Of a stretch of DNA of 64,000 bases, positions 14,258 to 26,916 are shown piece after piece. The DNA lies in NCBI RefSeq assembly GCF_009914755.1, contig NC_060941.1; one strand, 5' to 3'. Source of the stretch: the human T2T-CHM13v2.0 reference genome, Homo sapiens. Made by a program: the position numbers and the translations under genes. Each line of letters starts with the position of its first letter. The stretch's first letter is position 1. The notes beneath the pieces are model-generated. The model saw nothing but the letters and a program-made list of their open reading frames with translations. It was not told the origin of the DNA and searched no databases.

Positions 14258-14317
14258 CTTATGTCCACTGAAGTCTTGTAAGTTCTACCATCATAGCCAC
14301 CTCCTCAGGGAAATGTC
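14258..14317 (-). ncRNA. Candidate 60-nt internal non-coding exon
   Basis: Minus strand reads ttccttctcatctttgtgtccttgaatcatttcag|GACATT...CATAAG|gtaagta: pyrimidine-rich acceptor and consensus donor; stop codons in all three frames. Confidence 0.4.
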
Positions 14318-14503
14318 CTGAAATGATTCAAGGACACAAAAGATGAGAAGGAAATAAAACTTCCAAAAAATATGCAACCAAGCTGAATAAGGGCGAAAGA
14401 CTTAAACCTGTTAGGGACAGGGGCAAATTTGAATGAGGTGAACCAAAATTCTTCCACTTTGGGATAGAGAAAAGTCAAATTAATCATTTTCCTCACCTAC
14501 TGA

Positions 14504-14821
<318 letters not shown>

Positions 14822-15036
14822 TAATAATTTTTAGCCTAATATTTCACTCTACAGTCCTGCACAAGATGATTCTGAAGATGCTTTTAAAGTATTCTGTGTT
14901 CAAAACACCGTAATAAATTCTGTATGAAACTGCATGTAAAGCGTCTCTTTACCACAGATGTCTCAGGTTCTCTACCTTACTATGGTGAACTCTGAGTTTT
15001 GAGGGAGGGATGAAATATTGTATACCTGCACATTAA

Positions 15037-15039
<3 letters not shown>

Positions 15040-15090
<51 letters not shown>
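15040..15090. repeat. Compound (CA)n(GA)n microsatellite
   Basis: Directly visible. Confidence 0.95.
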
Positions 15091-15648
15091 AAGAGGGTTT
15101 TCAGACTTTGTTTTTAGATTTAACATTTTTTAATAAATGTAGATTGAGTACAATACTGAATAAGTAAGGTTAATGAGAAGAAGAAAGATGACAAAAGTCT
15201 GTCATTTAGGAGCATTAATCTGGCAAGGGAATCAGGATATTGTAGACAAAATTGGTAGAGCAATGAAATTAGCATTTTCTTCTCACTATCACCCTTACAC
15301 AAGATGTTAAAAAAACAGAGTGGGGAAGGAGTCAAAAGGGAGACAGAGAGTCATTCAAGAGCAAACTTAATGGGTTTGTGGGACTTTCTGTAAGTCAGGA
15401 GCAAGAAACAAGTCAAAGATAATTCTGAGGTCTCTGGAGAAAAAAATATTAATAAACATTGGGATAGGTGAAATGAAGAGAAATCCACTTTCGCATTTGT
15501 GGAGTTTAAAGCTATGAAAATCTTTGAAGCTTTGAGTGTGAGAAAAATAACCTAGAGGGGCCACTCATCTTTTAAAGTATGTTGGTAAAATGGTGACTGA
15601 GTCTAGCAAAAATCATGCACAATTCTTGAAGAGATAAGATTTGGTTTA

Positions 15649-16173
15649 TGTGTTAGTCAGAGTTCTCTAGAGGGACAGAACTAATAGGATAGATGTATAT
15701 CTAAAGGGGAGTGTATTAAGGAGTATTGACTCAGACGATCACAAGGTGAGGTCCCACAATAGGTCATCCGCAAGCTGAGGACCAAGGAAGACAGCCTGAG
15801 TCCCAAAACCCCAAAAGTAGGGAAGCTGACAGTGCAGCCTTCAGTCTGTGGTTGAAGGTCCAAGAGTCCCTTGGACCAAGTTGAAGAACTTGGAGTCAAA
15901 TGTTCAAGGGCAGGAAGCATCCAGCACGGGATAAAAACGGAGGCCGGAAGGCTAAGCCAGTCTAGTCCTTCCACGCTCCTCTGCCTGCTTGTATCCTCGC
16001 AGCACTGGCAGCTGATTAGATGGTGCCCACCCTGACTGATGAGGGTGGGTCTGCGTTTCCCAGTCCGCTGACTCAAATGTTAATCTTTTTTGACAACACC
16101 CTCACAAACACACCCAGGAACAATACTTTGCATCCTTCAGTCCAATCAAGTTGATACAATATTAACCATCACA
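15649..16173 (-). mobile_element. MLT2A2 (HERV-L) solo LTR
   Basis: tg...ca termini (tgtgttagtcagagttctctagagggacagaac ... attaaccatcaca); contains the ccacagactgaaggctgcactgtc segment on the minus strand; 5-bp TSD gttta/gatta. Confidence 0.9.
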
Positions 16174-16559
16174 GATTAAAAGGAAGAAATTGAAGCCTTT
16201 TCATTCCAATAATAGACTTTTGGTGCTAGACTGTGTGATAAGAAAGCAGATAACAGAGATGACAGCTGAGAACAAGTTAAACTCCAAGAGCACCTAAATG
16301 AATCACATCTACAGGTCAAGGTATGTGTAAGTGTGAGTATGCATGTGTGACGTATAGTTGCCAAAGGGCCAGAGGAATCTTGAAAATGAGTTGACTTTTA
16401 TGGACTATTAATACTTTTATGACTTTTATTGCTATTAACATGGTACTGATTTTGGTTAAGATTACTGGGTACTTGCTGAAGCCCAGAAGATATTTTCCAT
16501 AGACAACTTTGATTAATTATCAAAAGAATCTTATGCAGGTACAACTTTCCCTTTATGAA

Positions 16560-16785
16560 ATGATTTTATTAAGGTATAATGTATATACCTAAACATTTAC
16601 CCATTTTAAATGTACGACTTAATGATTTTAGCAAATTTACTGCACTGTGTACAACCATCAGCATAATATATGGTTTTAGAACATTTTCATCACCCTGGTA
16701 AGATCATGCATGACCTTTATAATCAAGGTACATCCTCACTTCCAGCTCCAAGCAACCAATAACCTACTTTCTTTCTCTATACATT
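16560..16785 (-). mobile_element. L1MB-type 3' end
   Basis: ttttattaaggtataat...tgtacaaccatcagcata...ttttagaacattttcatcaccc...gcaaccaataacctactttct. Confidence 0.75.
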
Positions 16786-18175
16786 TTCAGCACGTACTAT
16801 GTTATGCCCATTTTGCATCTGAATAAATTTGACTTCGTTGTTCACCTAGTTCTGAATTAAATTTCCCTTATTAGCAAGCAGTATAGGAAACAGAATGTCT
16901 TTGAAAATCATGATAAAATTACAACAACAACAACAGCATGAAGTATATGATTCCAGAAACCTAATGTCTACAGCATGGGAGATATTTCTTGTGGTAAGTT
17001 AGTGTTTTCCATGTTCAAAAGAAATAAACCAAGAACTAAAAGATTGATGTGCCAGCCTACGAAGATGGATCCTATATGACATTGAGGGGGAATAAAAAGG
17101 CTTGGTACCAGTAAGAAAATAAGTGAGGTTTCACTGTTGGCTGAGCCTTTAGACACCACCAGCCTGGCTAGGTGAGTTTGTGGAAAACTGTCTTTGGTGG
17201 TCTCTGGGTGAAACCCTGATAGGCAATTGCATTTCGGAGACAGTCAGCATGGTCAGCTAGGGATTTGGATTTGTCCCACAGTTTGAAAGGGGGGCAGAAA
17301 TTGACCACATGGAAATTGGCGTTCAGAGAAATTGCATCTGGAAGGCAAACTTTCCAGGCTGCTGAAGGCTTAAAATGTCAAATTGTTTGAAAAACAAACA
17401 CCGTGACATAAGAGGTATATGCAATGAAATCTTCAAGATGTTCCCAGCAGAGCAGCATACGGTAGTTGGCTCAATGAACCTATACTCCAACCCCCAATAC
17501 TGGCCTAATAACCAAAATAAGAAGTAGAAATGTTAACTGTGAGATTTAAGAATAGGATTTGAAAAACCAACCGCACAGGCTAGATTTGCCCTCAGCTCTT
17601 ATCCACACAATAATTACTGGATGTTCTCTGTTAGGCTCAATCTTTTTGCAAATGACTCAGCCTCCTGCACCTGGTAAGTGTGCATTCCTAAACTCTGAAA
17701 GAGGCTACATATTCTATATAAATTGAAGATTAAGCCTCATGGATAATACAAAAATAGGGTTCAGGCAGAAGTGAAGAAATCTGTTCAAAATTACCTTGGG
17801 AAGGGACTATTCCTCAACGAGCTGATAATCCAGCCTGTAAAGTAGCAATTGGACATTCAAGATACAAATCAAGCTTGCAAGAAGAATGAGATAGCAAATC
17901 TTCAGGGAATTTAAAAAACACAGTCATAATCAGACTGTGTAAAGTATAAAAGTGAATACTTATTCACTCAGAAGATATTTGTGGTTCACTGGTAGGCCAC
18001 TTGGAGTTTCTATTGTGGTTTCTTTATTCTCTCTCATCCTTAAAAAATGTGATGAGTGTAATAAGCTTTACATCCATTTTCAAGGCCCAGTGCAAAAGAA
18101 GTCTACCCAGTTCTTATCTGGCAAGTGTCCCTTCTGCTTCTGAAAATTTCTTTCACCACTTAACCCATTGCCTAG

Positions 18176-18598
18176 TGTATTAGTCTATTCTCACGCTGCT
18201 AAATACAAAGAAATATCTGAGACTGGGTAATTTAGAAAGAAGAGAGGATTAATTGGCTCATGGTTCTGCAGGCTGTACAGGAAGTATAGTGGTTTCTGCT
18301 TCTGGGGCGTCCCAGGAAACTTACAAACATGGCAGAAGGCAAAGGGAAAGCAGGTATCTTACATGGCCGGGGAAGGAGGAAGAGAGAGGGGGGAAGTGCC
18401 TCACACTTTTAAACAATCAGATCTCATGAGAACTCACTCACTCACCGTCATAAGAACGGCACTGAGGGGATGGTGCTAAACCATTCATGAAGGGTCCACC
18501 CCCATGATACAATCACCTTCTACCAGGCCCCACCTCTAACATAGGGGATTACGATTGAACATGGGATTTGGGTGGGGACACGGATCTAAACCATATCA
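18176..18598 (-). mobile_element. MSTA (MaLR) solo LTR
   Basis: tgtattagtctattctcacgctgct...ctgagactgggtaattt...ttggctcatggttctgcaggctgtacaggaag...aaaccatatca. Confidence 0.9.
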
Positions 18599-19221
18599 CT
18601 TCATGTTCCATTACCTTCTCCAGTCACCTATGTTATCATTCTGGTATCAAGCCCATCAGGCATCAAATTGCTTTTCATTTTCACTCTTTCTCACTTTTGT
18701 TTTATGTTTAATAAATGATTGTTCAAAACCAAAGCATGAGAAATACGAGCATCGACACTTATAGAACATCATTTGTGTTAGGCATCTTAGTTTTTTATTT
18801 TTCTCATTGTTGTAAAGAAGGCAAAGAGATAAAGAGACGTAGACATAGAGAGAAACTTAATTGGCACTACTGTAAGCTCAGCATCTATTTTTTCCTATGC
18901 TTTAAACAATAACATCTGCCAGCGTATAATAAGACTATCAAGAAAAAGCATTTTGGAAATACTTAAAAAAAACCCATGTTAATCAGTCTTCCTTTTCCTA
19001 AGGCAATTGTTCCAATTTTAGGTTTTTTCTTAAAAAAAAAAATTTTTTTGTTTTTAATCACAAGCGTAAACTCTGATTATTGAAGGAGGGAGGTAGAAAG
19101 CCCAGATAGAGAAGAGTAAAATTTACCCATATTTTCACTACCTAGGATAATGGAAAAATACTCCTAACATTTTGGTTTATATCCTTTCAGAAACATGTGT
19201 ATGCACATAAACACTCAAACA

Positions 19222-19690
19222 CACATGCACACATATAGGCATTTCATTAGTTTTCCTGCATAACACACCATCCCAAAATTTTATGGCTTAAAATAATAGC
19301 AATTATTTATTTAGCTTGCTTTTCCATAGGTCAGAAATTTAGGCTGGACTCACTTGAGAGATTTTTCTACTGCTATGAAGTTAGGTGGCTCCATTTCTGG
19401 GGACTGTTTAGAGGTGGCTGGTCCATAAGTGTCTCATTCTCCATTAGGCTTGTCCAGCTTCATTCTCATGGTGGCAGTAGCAGGGTTCCCAGGAGAAGCA
19501 AGAAGGCAAGTTCCAACGTACAAGCTCTTTTCAAGCCTCTGATTGTGTCCCTGGTGCCAACAGTCTATTGGAAAACCCATTCACTTGGGCAACCCAGATT
19601 CAAGGAATAGAGAAACAGATTCCAATATTTGATAGAAGGACGCACATTGGAAGAATTTGTGGCCAGTTTTGTAGTCACTCATAATTCTAC
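19222..19690 (-). mobile_element. MLT1 (MLT1F/H-like) solo LTR
   Basis: gcataacacaccatcccaaaattttatggcttaaaa...caagctcttttcaagcctctg...cccagattcaagg...gagaaacagattcca. Confidence 0.75.
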
Positions 19691-22356
19691 CACCAGGAAA
19701 TGTGATACTATAAACATTTTGGTTATTTTTTTTCAAAAATACTCAAACCTATGCTAAATTAAAATGTGATTTAAGTGCATTCCCATATCTATGCATGTTG
19801 CTCTACCTCACTGTTTTAAATAGCTGCAGAGTGTTGCTCTATTTAACTGTACTATGATTTATTTGACATATCTCCAGCAATTCAACTTTAAAACATTTCC
19901 AATTTTTCACTATCAGGTTGTCATAAACATCTTTGCACATTCATCTTTCCAGGATTATTTTTATATATATCCCCTCGGCTAGGTTATTATCATCAACTTT
20001 CCAAACCCCTCAAAACTGCAGCCTCTGTTCGCAAAGCGACATGGAGAAAAAGACAGTGGAAAGGCTAGAAAGAAAGACCAGACTAAAACGTTGACTGCTT
20101 ATGACAATTTGTCGCCAATACTAAGAAAAATTAAATGTGAAAAGTAAAATTAAATATTAAAAGAACCACAAAAATTATCATGAGAACACCATTTGCTTAC
20201 AAAACTAAATTGTAAATGTATTCTCAACTTATTCACTCTTACTGTACTTAATATCCTACTTCAAATGTGCAATACAGGATCATTTTTTTACTTCTTCTGA
20301 TAGCATCATTCCAAGTGGCTAGGATATTTCCTTCAGCAACATCTTGGTCTCTTCTTCGTATTGATAGAACAGAGCTGTTGGATTTTCTGCATATCCTGAA
20401 TCAGACGCCTCCCATTCATCTCTGGTCCATAACCAGGCTCTTCTGCCTTCACTGCCTTTGCCGTCTAACTCTGGAGCACAAATGAGATGATTCCACCAAG
20501 GTTGGTTTCACTGGCAATGATAATCTGGGTGTCATGGCCCAGCTTTCCCGCCAGCTTTTGGGCCTTCTCCAATTCACTAAATACTTCCTCATAATTTTCT
20601 TCCAATTCAAGAATAAGGGGGAAAACTATAGCACTTGATCTGCACCTGTGTGTTGTGGGTACCCGATAAGCAAAACAGGGGAAGAAATTAAATAAACACC
20701 TTATTATAGTCAAGTTGAACTAGGTCCAAGAAGATGTCTGAAAGCTTTTGTTTGCCGAAAACCAAGCTCTCAGGCTAATAATGGTGAGTAGGTGTCAAAG
20801 GTATAATAAGAAGTAAAGTTCTTTAAAAACAAACTGCAAACACCATAAAATTATATTGTTTTCAACTTCCCTGTTCAGTGGCTTTGTTATGCATGTACAT
20901 TACAGCAGCCAGTCATGCCCACAAAAGACAAGAGTATTCCAAGCCTGTCATGTGTTTATATATGACGTTCAGAATTAAGGTTACATAAATGAACTTTTTA
21001 CTCAGTCAGCATAATCAATTAGGTAAATCTGGGAAAGTAGGAAAGTGAAAAGTTTGAAAAATATATTTCATTTCACCAATTTATCTTCATTGTCTAATAG
21101 TTGCATTTGCAGAAAAAATTTATTCTTTCATCTTATGTTTTTTTATTTTTATGGCTAATTTTAAGGCTCCAAATTCCTAGTTTGTTTATCTATTTTTGCC
21201 TTATTTTTACTAGAGACATGTGGCAAGACAATGCTATCAGGGAGAATTGAATTTGTTCGTTTATAAAGGCTTTCTACATGGAAAGATTAAAGTAAAACTA
21301 GAACAAAAGACCTAAAATCCATTTTTGAACTAGGGCTATAAGATTATAGAAATTATCCTCATTTGTTTTGATACAGTGAACAAGTTAGTGGATACAAATA
21401 ATAAAATATTTACACAATATAGTTATTATTTCTTATGGAAAATGATTGTAAAGACCAGAAAACAACCTTATTCTTTGTGTTCTCATTTACCAGCTTCTCA
21501 AAATCTTATGTGGAATCAAATGAAAAGTATCAAAGTCTCCAGCTGGATCCTTAGCATCTATGGTATCTCATTTTCTCCACGGAAACAAGGAAGGGCTCCC
21601 CATTCATGGAGAAATACCAGTTTCATTTTAAGCATGACTACTGATGTCCATGGCAAGTCTGCTGACTGAAAAGAAAGTGTTTATTGATTCAACCTTTCCA
21701 TAACCCTTTACTAAAGTAAACATGTCTGAGACAACTAAGCAAAACATCAAATTTCACTCAACTACCATGTGGCCTTCTTTACTTAAAAAACTTGGCATGG
21801 GCCACTACTCCAGCCAGGGTCCCAGGAGCACAGAGGACCTGCCTTTTAAATGGTACAATAATATCCACCACCACCGATTTTCACTCCCATCACTATGGGC
21901 ACCCATCTCTACTGCCTTCCCAATATCTTTGGTTAATTACTGGTGCCTAAAATGTTAGTAATGTCCTCATTATAATACAGGTTAATATGGGGCATTTTCA
22001 TCTCATTTTAAGTTGATATAAACATCTTTTCTTGGAAGATGAGAGAACAAGTCTGCACAGTTTCAACACTTTTGAAAAATCTTACCTTGTTGATAATTGT
22101 GCAGTCTTGCATTTATTATTACTTCCAGATTTGATCCAAAATAAGAATCTTAGGGTGGCAATGCCATAATCCCTAACTGCGCATCATCTTCTTCTATACT
22201 GAAACCTGGATTTTACCCAACATGGAGAAATTAATAAAATACCCTCACATTCTGTGATATAACTTTCATAATATATCCATCATCACCGGAGGGAGAAAAT
22301 GGTTAAAGACATGTGTATACAAGAGATACAATTCTGCATATATTTATATTTATACT

Positions 22357-22430
22357 TATTTATTCATTCAACAAATATTTATTGGCCATCTACTATGTAC
22401 GAAGCACCATACTAGGCACTAAAAACAATG
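22357..22430 (-). mobile_element. L2 tail fragment
   Basis: tttattcattcaacaaatatttattggccatctactatgtacgaagcaccatactaggcact. Confidence 0.75.
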
Positions 22431-22699
22431 ATACAGAATACACATTTTCTTTGGGAACTTTTCCAAGGGATATGAAAAAGTATGGATAACATACCCAGGC
22501 TAGTGAAATATAAGAAATGTTTTAGTCAATTTTATTGTTTTGCCTAGTACCCCATTCAGGAAGTTTTCTCCCAAAGGTCCAGCTCATTGGAAAGTAAATA
22601 ATGGTATCTTGCCCCCTCATCAACCCATCAGTGTCAAGTTGAGTAATAAATATTGACCATTCAACCCAAGATGGTCTAAGTTAAATATCAAACTGCCAA

Positions 22700-22958
22700 A
22701 AATGGTAGTTAAGAATATATATTCTGAAATATGTCTGCCTAGGTTAGAATTCAGGTTCTTCCTCTCGTTATGTGCATTATGTGACTTAATTATTGAATAA
22801 TTAAGTTATTCAATTTCTCTATGCCTCAATGTTGTCATCTGTGAATTTACGTGATAATAGAACTAGTGGTTTATTGTTGGGATTAATGAGAGAATACATT
22901 TTAAGTTTAGAAAAAGGGAATGGGCCATACTAAAAAAAAAAACATTAATTATTGCTAT
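22700..22958 (+). mobile_element. MIR
   Basis: gtagttaagaat...tgcctaggttagaattc...ctctatgcctcaatgttgtcatctgtgaa...ttgttgggattaatgag; near full length. Confidence 0.75.
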
Positions 22959-23073
22959 TACAGTTGAGTCCTGTTGGCACAAGAACTGGGAAGATATAAA
23001 GGAGCTAAAGTGATATTCTTTCTCCTCCATCTACGAGAATAGAGAAAAGTGATGGAGGGGGTAATCAGAAAAA

Positions 23074-23109
23074 GAGAGAGAGAGACAGACAGACAGAAAC
23101 ATACACACA

Positions 23110-23151
<42 letters not shown>

Positions 23152-23160
23152 TAGAGAGAG
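23074..23160. repeat. (GA)n(GACA)n(CA)n microsatellite
   Basis: Directly visible. Confidence 0.95.
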
Positions 23161-23199
23161 TCAGTAATCACAGAGATAGAGATGAAGAGAAGAGTTTCT

Positions 23200-23607
23200 A
23201 TCAGTATGTCAATTAGAGTCCAAGAAGGAAACAGATGCCACACTCACATACAGCTAATTTAAGGAGGGCTTAGTTAGCAGGATAAGTGGAAGGAGTAGTA
23301 GCTGTAATGAGAAATGCAAGATTCTAATAATTCATCATATGAAACTGCATAGGGATCAGGAAAATAGGTCTGTGGTTAAGGGAAGTAATCAACTGACAGG
23401 AACCTACAGAAGGGTGCCAAATATTGCACTCTCACTCTCCTCGTCATCACTAATCTGCCAAGCCTCTCCATTGGCTGAATCTAACGAGAACCCAGAAGGC
23501 ACGAAAGCCATGTGACGGCATTCATATAGATTATGCTCTAGGGGCAGACAGCTGCGAGAAGAGGAGGAAAGAGTAGACCTGGAGGACCAAAGGAAGATAT
23601 CCTGCAC
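23200..23607 (-). mobile_element. LTR33-like ERVL solo LTR
   Basis: ccattggctgaatctaacgagaacccagaaggc...gagtagacctggaggaccaaaggaagatatcctgcac is the reverse complement of the LTR33 5' end. Confidence 0.65.
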
Positions 23608-24534
23608 GGAGCCCCAACTGGGCATAGGGAAGGAGCATCTACCATTTGGAAGGCTTCTTCCAGTTCTGGTGCTTCCTGTCTTGGGTTATACGAAATACCC
23701 TTGCATGTTTCCACATTTCCTCTTTAGCCTAAGATATAATGAGTGCTTTCTCTTATTTGTAACAAAGCTAATTTTGATTTAAGCAGAAAAGTTCTGGCAA
23801 CTTCAAAATATAAGTAGTAAGTCTCTGGCTGTAAAGTCAGAGGAGGAGGAGGGGCATCCACACTGTCTTATTCAGCCATGGTTCTTTCTGATGAAGCAAT
23901 GCCAGGAGCACACATACAGCAATTTTTTTTTTATTCAACACAATGGTTAGGCTGTGGTCTCTGTTTAGTTATATAATGTATTTGGAGAGAAACATTTCAT
24001 GCATTTTGGATCATGTGTTTATTATTTTGGAATAAAGAAACATCCAATGCCATTTGTTCCACTTTAATCCCTGAACCCCACCATTGTGGTAAAGACTGCC
24101 CCTACTTTTGAAATCTAGGATTAAAATTTGCTGTTGCTAATTTCTGGGGGAATATTTGGACTTCCCAGACCCAAGCCATTAGGAAATGGAGACAATTGAT
24201 CAAAAGGTAAGACGTGGTAAGAGATCAAGTTTAAAACTGGTAGAAGCAGTATTAGAAGTGATTGTTATGGCTCAATAAGGCTGTGAAAATAAATGATGAG
24301 CGGCAACAGTGGGATCCATAATTACATAATGAAGGGAATTGGAGTAAAAGAATCACTCCTAGAGATGATGAATACATGGAAAGGAGCAAGTTTCAATTTA
24401 TTGATGATACAGTTTCTAGTAGAGCATACATTTAAGCTGAGAATGAAAGGAAATCAGATGTGGAATTAAGATGGCAAAATATACTTGTTTAGGCAGGTTT
24501 ATGCTAAGCTTCAACATTGTATACTTTTAAAAAA

Positions 24535-25146
24535 TAACTTTTATTTTCTGTTTGTGGGTACATATGCAGGTTTGTTATATAGGTAAACTGTGTGTTTGGG
24601 TGTTTGGTGTAAAGATTACACAGGTGATAAGCATGGTACTCTATAGGTAGTTTTTGATTCTCTCTCTTCTCCCACCCTCCACCCTCAAGTAGGCCCTGGT
24701 GGCTGTTGGTCCCCTCTTTGTGTCCATGTGGTTTTGTTGTTTCATTCCCACTTATAAGGGAGAACATGTGGTATTTGATTTTCTGTTCCAGAGTTAGTTT
24801 GCTTTGGATTATGGCCTCAAGCTCCATTCATGTTGCTGCAAAGAACATGATCTCATTCTTTTTTATGGCTGCATAGCATTCCACGGTGTATATGCCTCAC
24901 ATTTTCTTTATCCAATCTACTACTGATGGGCATTTAGGTTGATTCGGTATCTTTCCTATTGCAAATAATGCTGTGATAAACACACGCATGAATGTCTCTT
25001 TGTGGTAGAATGATTTATATTCCTCTGGGTATGTACACAGTAATGAGACTGCTGAGTTGAATGGTAATTCTGTTTTAAGTTCTTTGAGGAACTGACACAC
25101 TGCTTTCCACAATGGCTGAACTAACTTACATTCCTACCAGCAGTGT
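24535..25146 (-). mobile_element. L1PA13-16 3' end (non-inverted part of an inverted L1)
   Basis: L1PA13-16-type 3' UTR (cccaccctccaccctcaagtaggccc) and ORF2 C-terminus (ORFs 24504-24827 and 24897-25112: MELEAII..., WKAVCQFLKELK). Confidence 0.9.
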
Positions 25147-26299
25147 CAGGCCACAGTGCGATAAAAATAGAAATCAATACTAAGAAAATCACTCAAACCC
25201 ATATAATGACATGGAAGTTAAACAACCTGCTCCTGAATGACTATTGGGCAAATAAATTAGGACATAAACCAAGAAATTCTTTGAAATCAATGAAAACAAA
25301 GATACAACATATCAGAATCTCTGGGATACACACAAAGCAGTGATAAGAGGGACGTTAATAGCACTAAACGTTCAAATTGAAAAGTTAGAAAGATCTCAAA
25401 TTAACAATCTAACATTGGAACTAGAGGAACTAGAGAAGCAAGAGCAAACCAACCTCAAAGCTAGCAGAAGACAAGAAATAATCCAAATCAAAGCTAAACT
25501 AAATTGAGACATGAAAAACCATACAAAAAAATCAATGAATCCAGGAGTTGATTTTTTGAAAATAAGATAGATAGTTAGCTGGACTAATAAAGCAAAAAAA
25601 GAGAAAACATCCAAATAAATTTAATCAGAAATCACAAAGGAGACATTACCACTGACCCCACAGGAAAACAAAACAAAACAAAACAAAAAACCATCGGAGA
25701 CTATTATGAATACCTCTCTGCACACGAACTTTAAAAACCCAGAAGAAAACGATAAATTACTGGACATATAGAACCTCCCGAAATTGAACCTGCAAGAAAT
25801 TGAATCCCTAAAAAGACCAATAATAAGCTTCAAAATTGAATCAGTAATAAAAAACCTGCCAACCAAAAAAAGCCCAGGACCAGACGGATTCACCGCTGAA
25901 TTCTGCCACATGTATAAAGAAGAGCTGGTACCATTCCCACTGAAACTATTCCAACAAATTGAGAATGGACTCCTCCCTAACTAATTACATGAGGCCAGCA
26001 TCATCCTGACACCAAAACCTGGCAAAGACACAACAACAACAACAACAACAACAAAAAGAAAATTTTTAAATTCAGGCCAATACTCTTGAAGAACACAGAT
26101 GCAAAAATTCCCAACAAAATACTAGCAAACTTAATCCAGCAGCACATAAAGAAGCTAATCCGCCATGATCAAGTAGGCTTTATCCCTGGAATGCAAGATT
26201 GGTTCAATATATACAGATTAATAAATGTGATTCATCACATAAACAAAACTAAAAACAAAAACCACATGATGGTCTCAATAGGTGTAGAAAAGGCTTTCG
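25146..26299 (+). mobile_element. L1 ORF2 segment (endonuclease end to RT start), inverted relative to the adjoining 3' end
   Basis: SGHSAIKIEINTKK...[49 protein letters not shown]; frameshifted. Confidence 0.92.
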
Positions 26300-26798
26300 T
26301 ATATGTTGTTTAAAGTCAATTTTCTTTGCAAATCTTGTTGCCAGCCTGAAATTTGCATAGTGGGGAAGAGGTTTAAAAGATCCTCCCAATAGGTTTTAGT
26401 ACACAAGACACTTCTATAGATGTCCAGATACAACATGTGCTAGAAATAGTTTCAGTCAGTTTTCTGAATTTAGAAACTTCTTTCAAGGTTCTAAATCAGG
26501 CTTTCATTTAATTGAGAATTGCTAAGGACTTTCTGCCTGGAATGACGGAAATTAAACAACTATGTGACTGCATATCTGTGCATTCATATTAGGGTTTAAC
26601 TCTCTAAGGAAAAAATCTTAGTTCCCTCACATCCAGATTCTTGGGGGCTTTTCATTGTGCCTACCAAATACTAATAATAATTATAACTGCTGATGCAAAG
26701 GTTTCAAGGCAAAAAGACATATCATCATGACCTAGGGCCCCAAATTTTCTATTTTATTTTAGTCACAAAATAAGAGTAGTTAGTGTCGTCTACTTAGA

Positions 26799-26916
26799 TC
26801 ATTAGTTCTCAAATAAGGGCCTTTTGGCCTCACAAAGGGCATTTGGCCATGTCCGGAAACATCTGTATGGAATAACCCAGCCCAAATAGCCAATAGTGTT
26901 GAGAATGAGAAACCCT
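26799..26916 (+). mobile_element. MER20 (hAT-Charlie) with internal deletion
   Basis: cattagttctcaa...gggcatttggccatgtccggaaacat...cagcccaaatagccaatagtgttgagaatgagaaaccct; both termini present. Confidence 0.75.

Noticed and set aside
15681-16076. 131-aa ORF
   Set aside because: Lies wholly within the MLT2A2 LTR
20465-20713. 82-aa ORF with a helical-looking ELEENYEEVFSELEKAQKLAGKLG stretch
   Set aside because: I cannot assign it to any family; the resemblance to a CR1 RT tail is too weak to call and the flanking residues look random
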